Shown here: in pieces, positions 1-9,593 of the stretch
How positions within the stretch are numbered: the first letter of the stretch is position 1
How the letters are laid out: the number at the start of each line of letters is the position of its first letter
Assembly: GCA_973895155.1 (NCBI GenBank)
Contig: OZ316891.1
Span: 16,953,651-17,017,650 of the forward strand
Length of the DNA stretch: 64,000 nucleotides
Origin: Marsupella aquatica
Lineage: Eukaryota; Plantae; Marchantiophyta
Direction of reading: 5' to 3'
Translations under genes and position numbers: made by a program
The notes under the pieces: generated by a model
What the model was told of the DNA's origin: nothing
The model's database searches: none
The model's input: only the letters and a program-made list of their open reading frames with translations

Positions 1-606
1 ATCAAATGTACAGCCCCACCTGGTTTCACACTCCCGGGCTCAGCGGCCAATAGCTTCTTCAATCCGTAGCACCACCATCCGTACACATGGGCTGGGTAGT
101 TCTTGATGTCCATAGCTACCACGAAATGCTCCTCATTCAGCACTCCGGATTGCACGTTGCCAAGAACCCGTTGATGCACCTTGGCCAGGAAGCCCTTATA
201 CTCAACATCCTTGACAGCAGAAAGAGGGATGGCGGTGGTGGAGGTAGGATTGGTCACCCAAGTGGCCACCATTTTCAACGTGAGTTCTCCCCTGATATTC
301 CGAGGTGTGAATGAGAATTTCTGATTCTCAAGAAACAATAGCTTAGCCAACTCCACATGGGGCACTACACGTTTGAGACATTCAAAGTAGATTCCCTCCG
401 TTCGGAACTCCATCCCGGCCTCAATGTCCCAGCTCTTCCCTGAAGGGATGGTAATCTCCACCTTCATGAATTCTGTAAGCCCGGTGGCTTGGAAAATGTT
501 CCGACAATCCTCCATCACCTTGGTGGAGGTCTTGGGATAAATTCGACGAAAAATCTTCCTACCCACCGGTGAGGAACCCGCTGCCAATCCCGTGCTCATC
601 ATAACT
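1..606 (-). CDS. Partial retrotransposon accessory ORF ('D', plant-mobile-domain-like), split by element A; N-terminal part at ~13759-13877
   Basis: My translation is open from ATG 599 to the window edge (MSTGLAAG...IFQATGLTEFMKV...GWWCYGLKKLL). Removing element A and one TAACT copy gives an in-frame join (..REEREV-MMSTG..). It is absent from the ORF track because no stop falls in the window. Confidence 0.55.
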
Positions 607-1965
607 TGTGGTATGGGTGTCCCTGCAATTTTTTCTGGAAACTTGTTTATTTTTAGCATATCACAAGATTTACTTACACTTTAGACACCTTCCGGCCAAC
701 ATTTACTTGTTCTGGACACTTATAGAAATATTTGACATCTCCGGCTTTCCTGACGATTCCTAGTGTACTTTGCCCGACGCTGTGACCAGCGCCCGTTTCT
801 TTTACTCATGACGCTTTTGGCAGTGCCCGACCGCCACCAAGACTCTATGAGGATTTCGACCGACGCTGTGGAAAGCGTCAGCTTCAACACACGACGCTGT
901 GAGCAGCGTCCACCCTAGTATTGACGCTGTGAGCAGTGTGAGCAGCGTCCGTTGGTTTTACTTAAGACGCTTCTAGCAGCGTCCAGATTCTCCCGACGCT
1001 TCTAGCAGCGTCCGCTCAACACTTAGTTTTTGAAGTAGATTACTAGTAAAGTAGTATTCTACCACCCTTGTTGAAGTACTTATGCTGTGCTTCTCCCTTG
1101 TTTAGTTTTAAGCTTGGAAAGGCACGACTGTTCTTACCTCCTCCATTTTAGGATTCCAGCACTTATAAGACAGAGTAGAATGCTCATTTGAAGTAGAGAG
1201 AAATAGAGTTAATACTGTATTCAGAATTGAGTCTTCTGAATAGTTTTCTCCTCCTTCCATTGTAACAAGGCATGCTGTGAGTGTTTTGTATGGAAGTAAA
1301 GCTATATTGATTGAAGTTAAGATTGAATTCAAGAGATTCCTGTGGTGATTGAATTCAGTTGCAGATTTCTGAAACTCGTATTGAATTCACTGCTAGGCTT
1401 GCTTGCAGAGTCGGGATTCGCTAGCCAATTCAAGAATAGTTAATGATAAATGAGAAGTAAATTCTGATTCTCAGAGTAGTTAGTACTGTTGCTTTGATTC
1501 TGGAATATGGTTTAGAGTTTGACTGAATTGCGTATCGCTGATGTCAAACCATGTTGACGGCATTTTAAATCATATCATTCATTTGCAATCAGAAAGCTTC
1601 TGCTTCATCAGATTGAGAATTCCATTATCATTAACCTTTGTGTTTTGAAGAGTGAGATGGATGAATTATGAGATAGATTTCATGTCTATACTGAGCCCAA
1701 ATCCTTTCTGAAGGAGTGGCAGTAGCTTGTAGTCTCTAAATCCTTACTCATTTCTTCTCTAATTCATAAATCAGAAGTTCAGTTACTTTGTTGTTTGTTT
1801 ATTCGATTTTTTTTATTGAGAAGTGAAGTCAACATAGAGCTCAAGACTCTAAATCACTCGGAGTGATAAAAGTTATACAATTCATTCTGAAATCTGTTCT
1901 TAAAGGGATCGAAACCCTGGTTTTAGGTGAGGAGAGTCACTTTTGATACTTAGCACTATACGACA
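607..1965 (+). repeat. 5' LTR of element A (1359 bp)
   Basis: TGTGGTATGG...TATACGACA; direct repeat of 12395-13753 with one difference noticed (G1805 vs A13593). Confidence 0.97.
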
Positions 1966-1971
1966 TCTTTT

Positions 1972-1989
1972 TGGCGCCGCTGCCGGGGA
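1972..1989 (+). other. Primer-binding site, tRNA-Asp type
   Basis: TGGCGCCGCTGCCGGGGA, 6 nt after the LTR end; one base from the Athila-type tRNA-Asp PBS TGGCGCCGTTGCCGGGGA. Confidence 0.9.
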
Positions 1990-3183
1990 ACGAATTTAAG
2001 ATTGAATTGACGTACAGGCAGTGTATGCCAGAAGGAGCTAGACGGGAGAGGAATTCACGTTCTACTATAATTGTGAAGATGCGTCATCACTCCAGTTAAA
2101 AAGATGAAGAGCTTCCATTTCGAGGTGATGCCGTACTCTATCCAAAGCGCCCCGGAAGCTCTCTTAAGAGTATTGGAAAAATTTGTGGTGCCAAACTTAA
2201 GAGAAGAAACCGCCCTCCCACCAGAAAAGGCCTCACAGAGAGGAGCTGTTGCTCGTCAAGTTGCTTTGGAGATAGTCGAAGACACCAAAGACACTTTGAG
2301 TGACAAGTGAAGTTATTCTAACGTTGCTCGGGACGTATGATTTGTAAAATTGTCCAACCATCCTGGTTCGTGTGACCGATGCCACCTATCCGATCTTTGG
2401 GAACATTAAGAATTAGGAATTTGAGGAATCGTTATGTTAATTCTTGGGTTCTGAGCCTGAGAGGGAGGAATGGCATACATTGGTTAACTATCACCTGGTG
2501 GGAAGATGAAAGTTTGCATTTAGTAATATTAAGGCTGAATGGTAGGATCACACAGGAGTGATATTTAGTCATTTCCATTCGGGAGTTAGCGGAAAGAATC
2601 ATGCACCAGGAATTGCGTAGAAGATTAGGAAGGAGTTAGACGTCTGATTAGTAGGATGGCCTAGTGTAGCGTACCATGTGGTAAAGAAATTTCAGGGTGA
2701 AGGAAGTCGGAGATTATGGGGAACGCCCGGTTCCAGTAATCGCCACCGTAAAGGAGATAAGGAAGGACGCCGCGAAGAGCGTCCAATGCGATTCGTCCCA
2801 GAAGATTCCGCAAGTCAGGACGCTTCGAGTAGCGTCCGATCCCAGTGGACGCTGTGAGCAGCGTCCGGTGGAATCTGTGACGAACCAACGTGCGCGACGC
2901 TTCTGGTGTGCCTTTCCGCGTCTCAACCTGAAGGACGCACCAGAGAAAACGAGGTTTTAGAATCTCGGCTGGTCACTGAAGGGAAGTATTAGCTACGGGA
3001 TAGCAAGGGGGAGGAATCATGCAAGGGATGTTGAACGACGCTACGGGAAGTCACTTTGAGGAAGCAGGTTCATATCTCCCGGAGTGGGGTGATAACGTCG
3101 CACCTAAATGGTGACTCCTTGCATAAAGACTCCTGAGGAGCGGGTCTGGTGTCTCAAAATCACCCGTGCTTGGAGAATGAGGG

Positions 3184-6100
3184 ATGTCTGAGGGAGATCC
3201 ACCGAATAAAAGAAAACCTACCAAGACCTCCAGTAATTCGGATGCTGCAAAATTAGTAGTGACCCCTCGCACATTGTTACCCGAATTCCAGTCACCAGGA
3301 GCACCTGCACCGGGTAGTGTGTGGAAACAAGTGGGATCTATTCAAGAGGCAAGTGGCTCTTTGGAAAGGCCCACGTCGACCCGACCCCTGTTTGTAAATC
3401 TTCGTTCAGGTCCAAAACTTATTGGTTCTCAAAAGACCAAGCTCCGCCAGCAGACAGTACGTTCGGTGAACCAAATTGACTCTGGTGTGGATAGTACCAC
3501 TGAGAGGGCCTTATCTCATACCGAAGGAAGAAATTTGGGTTTGCCCGAGAATACAGTTGCAGAATCGCTGGCCCAAGATAATTCTGTCGATCTTTCACAA
3601 TTGGATAATCCAGAACCACTGAGTGAAGCCGGTGGTTCGTCTTCTAGTGAGACAAGCAGCAGTTCAGGCTTGGGCAGCCCAAACCCATTTGCTACCCGAT
3701 CAGCTCTTCCTTTCGTTACCCTCCTAGCTCCAACCACGATGGCTCGAAATAATGTGAGGTACGACCGGTTCTTCGGTACTTCCAAGGAGGATGCAGAGGT
3801 GTATTTGAAAGAATTTGAAGCTGCAGCTGCATCCAATGGACAGAGTCAAGACGCTGAAAAAGCCAATCTGTTTGGTGGTCTAATGAAAAAGGGTGCTCAG
3901 AAATGGTATGACCGTTTTCCGGACAAGCAGGATTGGGGGAAATTGAAGGCTGCTTTCTTGGCCAAATATAAAGAAGAAGGAGCAGCTGCGCGTGCCTTTG
4001 CCCGAATCTCACATCTGCACATGAAGAAACATGGGTCTGTGAGGAAATATGCCGACAAATTATTGGATTTGGTAGATCAATATAATCCAGCTACCTCGAA
4101 ATCTACTATCAAGGACTGGTTTATTAACGGTTTACCCTCCAGGATTGCTCGTTACGTGAGACGAGAAGGTGGCACCACTTTGGAAGAAGTACAAGAGGCA
4201 GCCCAGAAGTACGTAGACTCGGAGATTTCAGAGAGAAAACGAGTTAAGAAGGACCTGAAGAAAGACAAAAGAAAGAAGAAGAAAACGTCCAGGTCTAAAT
4301 CTGACTCGGAGACGGAATCAAGTGAAAGTAGCACTAGTGAGGAGGACGAGAGTACAAATTCGAGCACTAGTGATAGTTCAAGCTCAAGTTCCGACTCAGA
4401 ATCCGTTGCTCCTAAAAAGAAGAAATCCTCTGTAAAAGGGAATAATAAAGTTCCCAACCAGAAGAAGATGGATCGCATGATGGAAGAACTCTCTGGCCAA
4501 TTGTCCAAGTTGAATGTCAATATCGCCGCGGTAAAACCAGTACGAAGGTTGCCTGCTCCCATGAGAATGAACATATGGTGCACCCGATGCAGTCAGCAGG
4601 GCCATTACCCGAACGAGTGCCCCACATTACGAACCCCGGTGAATTATGTAGATGGTCAAGAAGAGGCTGAGGAGTATGAGTACGATCCCACGTATACCGT
4701 CCAAACAGCACCCCCTGGACAGTATTTCCCACCACCTCCTGCTTCCAGACCGACTTGGGGACCACCTAAGCCCACTTTCAATAAACCAACGTCAAGACCA
4801 CCCATGGGACCCCCGGGAGGATACCCACCACGAGGAATGCCGCGTCAAAAAGGGGCTTGTTGGAATTGTGGCCAACCTGATCATTATTCACCCCAGTGCC
4901 CTTATCCCAAACAGGAGGTGGGGTATACACCTGTCTGTGGGAACTGTGGAAAAGAAGGACACTTACCGGTGGAATGCCCGAATCCGGCTAAGCCTAGGCT
5001 GATGGTTCGATTTGCTCAAGAGCCAGTTAAAGAAGCAAGTCGACCTGAAGCCAAGATTCGGATGGTTTATTCTGAAGAGATGGAGCAATGCAGCTTCATT
5101 CAACATATGGATGTAAATCGGGTGGAATTAAAGCCAGATTCACTTTTTCATCAACCAGTATCCGGGGTGGTGCCTGATGTCTTGGTAAGTCATTTAGTGA
5201 AACCTGAAGTAGTTGGTATGCCGAATGATCGAGTTCAGAATCGGGATAAAGTTCTGACTAATATTTACGCAACTACTCGTTCGAAGAAAAAGGAGACCAA
5301 GAAGCACGAGCATCAGAAGGTCGCGAAAGCTCCCAAGGATGAAGGGCGCAAGCCATGTAAGGAAGGCCTCGACAAAGAAGACGACCCTGCTTATGACCGA
5401 TATGACCCAAAATACTTCTTGCCCGACATCTCTTTGGAAGTGAAAGACCATCTGGAAGAGCTAGTTAAGGAGCAAGTGCAATCTCCTAACCCACCAGTAG
5501 TAGTCAAAGCTAAAGAGCCACTGAAAAATCCAGGTTATGATATTGTTGAAGATGTCAAGAATCATCCTGCACATATCACCATTGGGGAATTATTACAGGA
5601 CAATCCGGTTTATAGGCGACAGCTGAGGAGCCTCCTTGCAGGAAAACGGAGGAAGAAGAAGTTACCTTCTGTGGATGTGCTACGAACAGAGTGGGAGGAC
5701 AAAGGACCGATGGAAATTGAGGTTCAAATCCAGGGGTGTGTCATTCGGAGAGTTCCTGTGGATGGAGGAGCCAGCGTTAATCTGATTACACAGTCAGCAG
5801 CATTTAATTTGGGTTTCACTAAGTTTGAGCCCACTCCCAAGATTTTGCGCATGGCGGATCAGTCTCGTGTGGTACCCATAGGGAAGCTGACCAAAGTAGA
5901 AACTTTGATTGCTGGTGTCCCTTTTCTGTTGGATTATGTGGTTATTAATCCGGAAATACCATCCAGCTTTCCTGTTTTGTTAGGCCGACCATGGTTGTAT
6001 AAGGCTCAAGTTCAGGTTAATTGGCAATCTCAAGAGCTTTCATTTGGGAAGCCTAAGGTGACTGTTAGTTGGGTTCCGGAACCACATTTTGGAGAAACAC

Positions 6101-6237
6101 AAACAGATGATGGGTACACCTCGGATTTTTCGACCTCTTCGCTAGTCCTGCAGCCATTGGAATTTGAACTGGAGGAAGTTCGTTACTTGGAAGTTTATCT
6201 GTCTGATGCTCCCATAAAACCAACTAGGCCCTCCTGA
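3184..6237 (+). CDS. gag: Gag + aspartic protease of element A
   Basis: 1017-aa ORF; capsid-like region (YLKEFEAAA...AQKWY...WFINGLP); three CCHC knuckles (CTRCSQQGHYPNEC, CWNCGQPDHYSPQC, CGNCGKEGHLPVEC); protease VDGGASVNLI...LLGRPWL. True start codon uncertain. Confidence 0.93.
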   Translation: MSEGDPPNKRKPTKTSSNSDAAKLVVTPRTLLPEFQSPGAPAPGSVWKQVGSIQEASGSLERPTSTRPLFVNLRSGPKLIGSQKTKLRQQTVRSVNQIDSGVDSTTERALSHTEGRNLGLPENTVAESLAQDNSVDLSQLDNPEPLSEAGGSSSSETSSSSGLGSPNPFATRSALPFVTLLAPTTMARNNVRYDRFFGTSKEDAEVYLKEFEAAAASNGQSQDAEKANLFGGLMKKGAQKWYDRFPDKQDWGKLKAAFLAKYKEEGAAARAFARISHLHMKKHGSVRKYADKLLDLVDQYNPATSKSTIKDWFINGLPSRIARYVRREGGTTLEEVQEAAQKYVDSEISERKRVKKDLKKDKRKKKKTSRSKSDSETESSESSTSEEDESTNSSTSDSSSSSSDSESVAPKKKKSSVKGNNKVPNQKKMDRMMEELSGQLSKLNVNIAAVKPVRRLPAPMRMNIWCTRCSQQGHYPNECPTLRTPVNYVDGQEEAEEYEYDPTYTVQTAPPGQYFPPPPASRPTWGPPKPTFNKPTSRPPMGPPGGYPPRGMPRQKGACWNCGQPDHYSPQCPYPKQEVGYTPVCGNCGKEGHLPVECPNPAKPRLMVRFAQEPVKEASRPEAKIRMVYSEEMEQCSFIQHMDVNRVELKPDSLFHQPVSGVVPDVLVSHLVKPEVVGMPNDRVQNRDKVLTNIYATTRSKKKETKKHEHQKVAKAPKDEGRKPCKEGLDKEDDPAYDRYDPKYFLPDISLEVKDHLEELVKEQVQSPNPPVVVKAKEPLKNPGYDIVEDVKNHPAHITIGELLQDNPVYRRQLRSLLAGKRRKKKLPSVDVLRTEWEDKGPMEIEVQIQGCVIRRVPVDGGASVNLITQSAAFNLGFTKFEPTPKILRMADQSRVVPIGKLTKVETLIAGVPFLLDYVVINPEIPSSFPVLLGRPWLYKAQVQVNWQSQELSFGKPKVTVSWVPEPHFGETQTDDGYTSDFSTSSLVLQPLEFELEEVRYLEVYLSDAPIKPTRPS

Positions 6238-6243
6238 CAATTA
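6235..6243 (+). promoter_or_regulatory. Stop-codon readthrough signal TGA-CAA-TTA
   Basis: A single in-frame stop separates gag-PR from RT; the next six bases match the CARYYA leaky-stop consensus. Confidence 0.8.
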
Positions 6244-9210
6244 ACTTCATCATCGGAAGTGGGCCCAGCAGCAGACGAACCTCCTAATACTGAGGCTAAT
6301 AGGGATTTACACCATGATATGGGAGTGTCAGCTACCCTTGAGCCATTTGCACCAGAAGTATCCAAACTTGGACTTCAGCCGGCAAACCTCACGGATGGAA
6401 TTGTGGATCCAAAAGCTTGTCAGAAAATCGAAATTGAGCCAGGCAAGTTTTTGAATATTGGTAAGCATATCGAAGGAGAGCTACGGGAACAGTATATCAG
6501 TTTATTAACCCAGTATAAAGATGTCTTTGCCTGGAGTCATTCTGATTTAAAAGGTATCCATCCACATTTGGGCGAACATCGTATTGACCTTATGGAAGGA
6601 GCAGTACCTGTCCGACAGAGACAGTACCGTTTGAATCCCAAATATTCCATCCTGGTTAAAGACGAGTTGGACAAGCTCACGACTGCTGGATTTATCTACC
6701 CGGTCTTGAGTAGTGAATGGGTCTCACCAATTGTCATTGTCCCCAAAAAGCCGGGACCCGATGGTAAAACGAAAATTCGCGTTTGTCAAGACTTCCGGAA
6801 GTTGAATGCTGCCACTCGGAAAGATCATTATCCTTTGCCATTTATTGATCTGGTACTTGATTCAGTGGCCTTGCATGAGTTATACAGTTTTTTAGATGGG
6901 TACTCTGGTTATAACCAGGTGTCCATTCGGAAGGAGGATCGCGACAAGACTACGTTCACCACCGACTGGGGTACATATGCATTTACCATGATGCCTTTTG
7001 GGCTGTGTAATGCCCCGGGTACTTTTCAGCGCATTATGATGATTATTTTTCAAGAATATTTGCGGCATTTCATGGAGATTTTTATTGACGACTTTTGTGT
7101 TTACGGGTCAGCGGCTGAACACCTCGTCCATTTGGAGAAGACATTTCAGAAGTGTAGAGAGGCTCAGTTGTGTCTTCATCCAGAAAAGTGCTTTATTGGT
7201 ATGAAGGAGGGAATTTTGTTAGGCCATGTTATTTCACAACGCGGCATTGAGGTTGATACAGAGAAGGTTAGAGTAATTATGGAGTTGCAACCACCGACCG
7301 ATTTAAAGCAGCTTCGTGCTTTTCTGGGACATGTGGGGTATTATCGTCGGTTCATTTATAAACATGCTAATATTGCCTTACCCTTAACCCAACTGTTAAA
7401 AAGTGATGTGGAATATACATGGAATGAGGAGCGGCAGCAAGCATTCCAGTTGCTCAAGGATCGGTTAATCTCTGCACCTATTTTGTCACCCCCAGATTGG
7501 ACTAAGAAGTTTCATGTCTTCATTGACTCTTCTGCGTTCTGCATTGGAGCTAATCTCAGTCAGAAGGATGTGGAAAACCGTGACCATCCAATTTACTATG
7601 CCAGCCGCCAAATGAGTGCAGCCGAGAAAAACTACTCCGTCACTGAACGGGAAGCTTTGGCCATCGTCTTTGCGTGTAAGAAATTTCGTCACTATTTGTT
7701 GGGGTATCAGGTTACTTTTCACACTGATCATAATTCCTTAAAATATTTGGTTAACCAAGTGGATCTCTCAGGACGAGTAGCCCGCTGGGTTTTACTACTC
7801 CAAGAATTTGATTATGAAGTTCATGTCCGACCTGGCAAACATCATGAGAATGCAGACTTCCTATCTCGGTTACCTGGTCCGGAGAATCAGCATAATCTCT
7901 CCGATGAATTTCCTGACGAGCATTTGTGGCACATTGAAGGGGAGTCTTCTCGATATTTTAATATTGTGCACATGCTGCTTCATGGAACGTTCCCTGAAGG
8001 CTTTAATGCGGAAGAACGAGCTGTCTTTGCTCATAAGGTGGGTCCCTATACCATTATTCGGGGCACTTTGTTTAAACAAGGTCCTGATCAACAATTGCGA
8101 CGTTGTCTAGAGGATAGGGAACTTCCCCAAGTAATTGAAGCTTTACATTCAGGAGAAACCGGTGGGCATTATGCTGTGAATACCACAGTTAAGAAAATTT
8201 TGGATGCTGGATACTGGTGGCCTACTATGCATCGAGATACTTACAATTTTATTAAGACCTGTGATCCCTGTCAAAGGATCGGGAAGCCCACTGCTAGTTC
8301 CAAATGGCCTCTTACGCCTATCCTTCCGTTGGCACCATTTGAGAAATGGGGGATTGATTTTATTGGCCCAATTTCTCCAGCAGCTCGGAAAAGCCGAAGC
8401 AAATATATTATTCTGGCCACTGATTATGCCACCAAATGGGTAGAGGCGAAAGCTACTCGCAAGAATGATGCTATAACCGCAGCTGCATTTCTCTTTGAGC
8501 ACATTATCACCCGGTTTGGTTGTCCTTTGGAGTTGGTAAGCGATAGGGGTTTGCATTTTCTTAACTCAACTATTGAGTTAATCACTGACCTTTATCTTAT
8601 CAAGCATCGCAAAACTACTCCTTACAACCCCCGAGCTAATGGCTTAACCGAGAGAGCTAATGGCATTATGGGCAAGATTCTGAATAAAATGGTAGAATCT
8701 CACAAGACAGATTGGGATGTGAAGCTCCATTCTGCATTATGGGCTTACCGCACCGCTGAGAAGATTACAACTCTTCACACCCCCTTCTATCTGACCTATG
8801 GCCTGAATAGTATTATTCCAATAGAATTTTCGTTACCAACGGAACGTATCTTGGTACCACACCGACTCTCTCCTTCAGATAGTCTCTCACATCGGTTTTC
8901 CAATATTGTTAAATTAGAAGAAGTTAGACTTTTAGCATTAGACCATACAGTCACCATTCAGAACCAGCGTAAACTTGCTTATGATAAGAAGCTGCGCGTA
9001 GTGCAGTTAGATGTTGGTGATTTAGCATTAGTCTTTGATTCTCGTTATATGCTATTTCCTGGGAAACTTCATACTCATTGGATTGGTCCTTACCGAGTTA
9101 CACACATCTGGGATAATGGTTCAGTTTCATTGACTACCTTAGATGGTCACCCACTTAACACTAGAATCAATGGGTTTAGGATTAAACGGTACTATGAGTC
9201 TTCCATTTAG
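6238..9210 (+). CDS. pol: Pol (RT, RNase H, integrase) of element A, in frame with gag-PR
   Basis: RT motifs LDGYSGYNQ, MPFGLCNAP, FIDDF; RNase H DSS/EALA/TDH/ADFLSR; integrase HHCC and DDE (WGIDF, SDRG, GLTERAN); GPY motif. Confidence 0.96.
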   Translation, partial: QLTSSSEVGPAADEPPNTEANRDLHHDMGVSATLEPFAPEVSKLGLQPANLTDGIVDPKACQKIEIEPGKFLNIGKHIEGELREQYISLLTQYKDVFAWSHSDLKGIHPHLGEHRIDLMEGAVPVRQRQYRLNPKYSILVKDELDKLTTAGFIYPVLSSEWVSPIVIVPKKPGPDGKTKIRVCQDFRKLNAATRKDHYPLPFIDLVLDSVALHELYSFLDGYSGYNQVSIRKEDRDKTTFTTDWGTYAFTMMPFGLCNAPGTFQRIMMIIFQEYLRHFMEIFIDDFCVYGSAAEHLVHLEKTFQKCREAQLCLHPEKCFIGMKEGILLGHVISQRGIEVDTEKVRVIMELQPPTDLKQLRAFLGHVGYYRRFIYKHANIALPLTQLLKSDVEYTWNEERQQAFQLLKDRLISAPILSPPDWTKKFHVFIDSSAFCIGANLSQKDVENRDHPIYYASRQMSAAEKNYSVTEREALAIVFACKKFRHYLLGYQVTFHTDHNSLKYLVNQVDLSGRVARWVLLLQEFDYEVHVRPGKHHENADFLSRLPGPENQHNLSDEFPDEHLWHIEGESSRYFNIVHMLLHGTFPEGFNAEERAVFAHKVGPYTIIRGTLFKQGPDQQLRRCLEDRELPQVIEALHSGETGGHYAVNTTVKKILDAGYWWPTMHRDTYNFIKTCDPCQRIGKPTASSKWPLTPILPLAPFEKWGIDFIGPISPAARKSRSKYIILATDYATKWVEAKATRKNDAITAAAFLFEHIITRFGCPLELVSDRGLHFLNSTIELITDLYLIKHRKTTPYNPRANGLTERANGIMGKILNKMVESHKTDWDVKLHSALWAYRTAEKITTLHTPFYLTYGLNSIIPIEFSLPTERILVPHRLSPSDSLSHRFSNIVKLEEVRLLALDHTVTIQNQRKLAYDKKLRVVQLDVGDLALVFDSRYMLFPGKLHTHWIGPYRVTHIWDNGSVSLTTLDGHPLNTRINGFRIKRYYESSI

Positions 9211-9232
9211 AATTCCACCTGGGACAGGTTGC

Positions 9233-9248
9233 AATTTAAGTGGAGGGC
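9233..9248 (+). other. Internal copy of the polypurine tract
   Basis: AATTTAAGTGGAGGGC, identical over 16 nt to 12377-12392; lies 22 nt after the pol stop. Confidence 0.85.
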
Positions 9249-9593
9249 GGTAGTTATACTTAGTTAGAATTAGTGACCCTCCCTAGTAAGTATTCGGCAT
9301 ATTTTTTTAATTTTTTTTAGTTACTTTCAGTTTTTACATTGGACGCTGTGAAAAGCGTCCATTGTAACTCGACGCTGGGGAAGCGTCCACTTAGTTTACA
9401 AAGGACGTTGTGCAGAGGTCCGCTTTTGTATTAGTTCAGTTGCATGAGACGCTGTGAGCCGATGACTAGGCATCTTGTACAATGGCGGATTGCGACAGCT
9501 CAACGGGACGCTGAGGAGTAAGCAGTCGCGCTTCGCCCTAGTTCACTATGGAACACGATTCTCACTGAGCTTACGGAGCTAACAAGTCACGCG

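Noticed and set aside
1108-1332. 74-aa ORF repeated at 12896-13120
   Set aside because: Antisense ORF duplicated only because it lies in both LTRs of A; no protein features.
1972-1989. tRNA gene fragment (also 48217-48234)
   Set aside because: Only the 18-nt complement next to an LTR end, i.e. a PBS; no cloverleaf.
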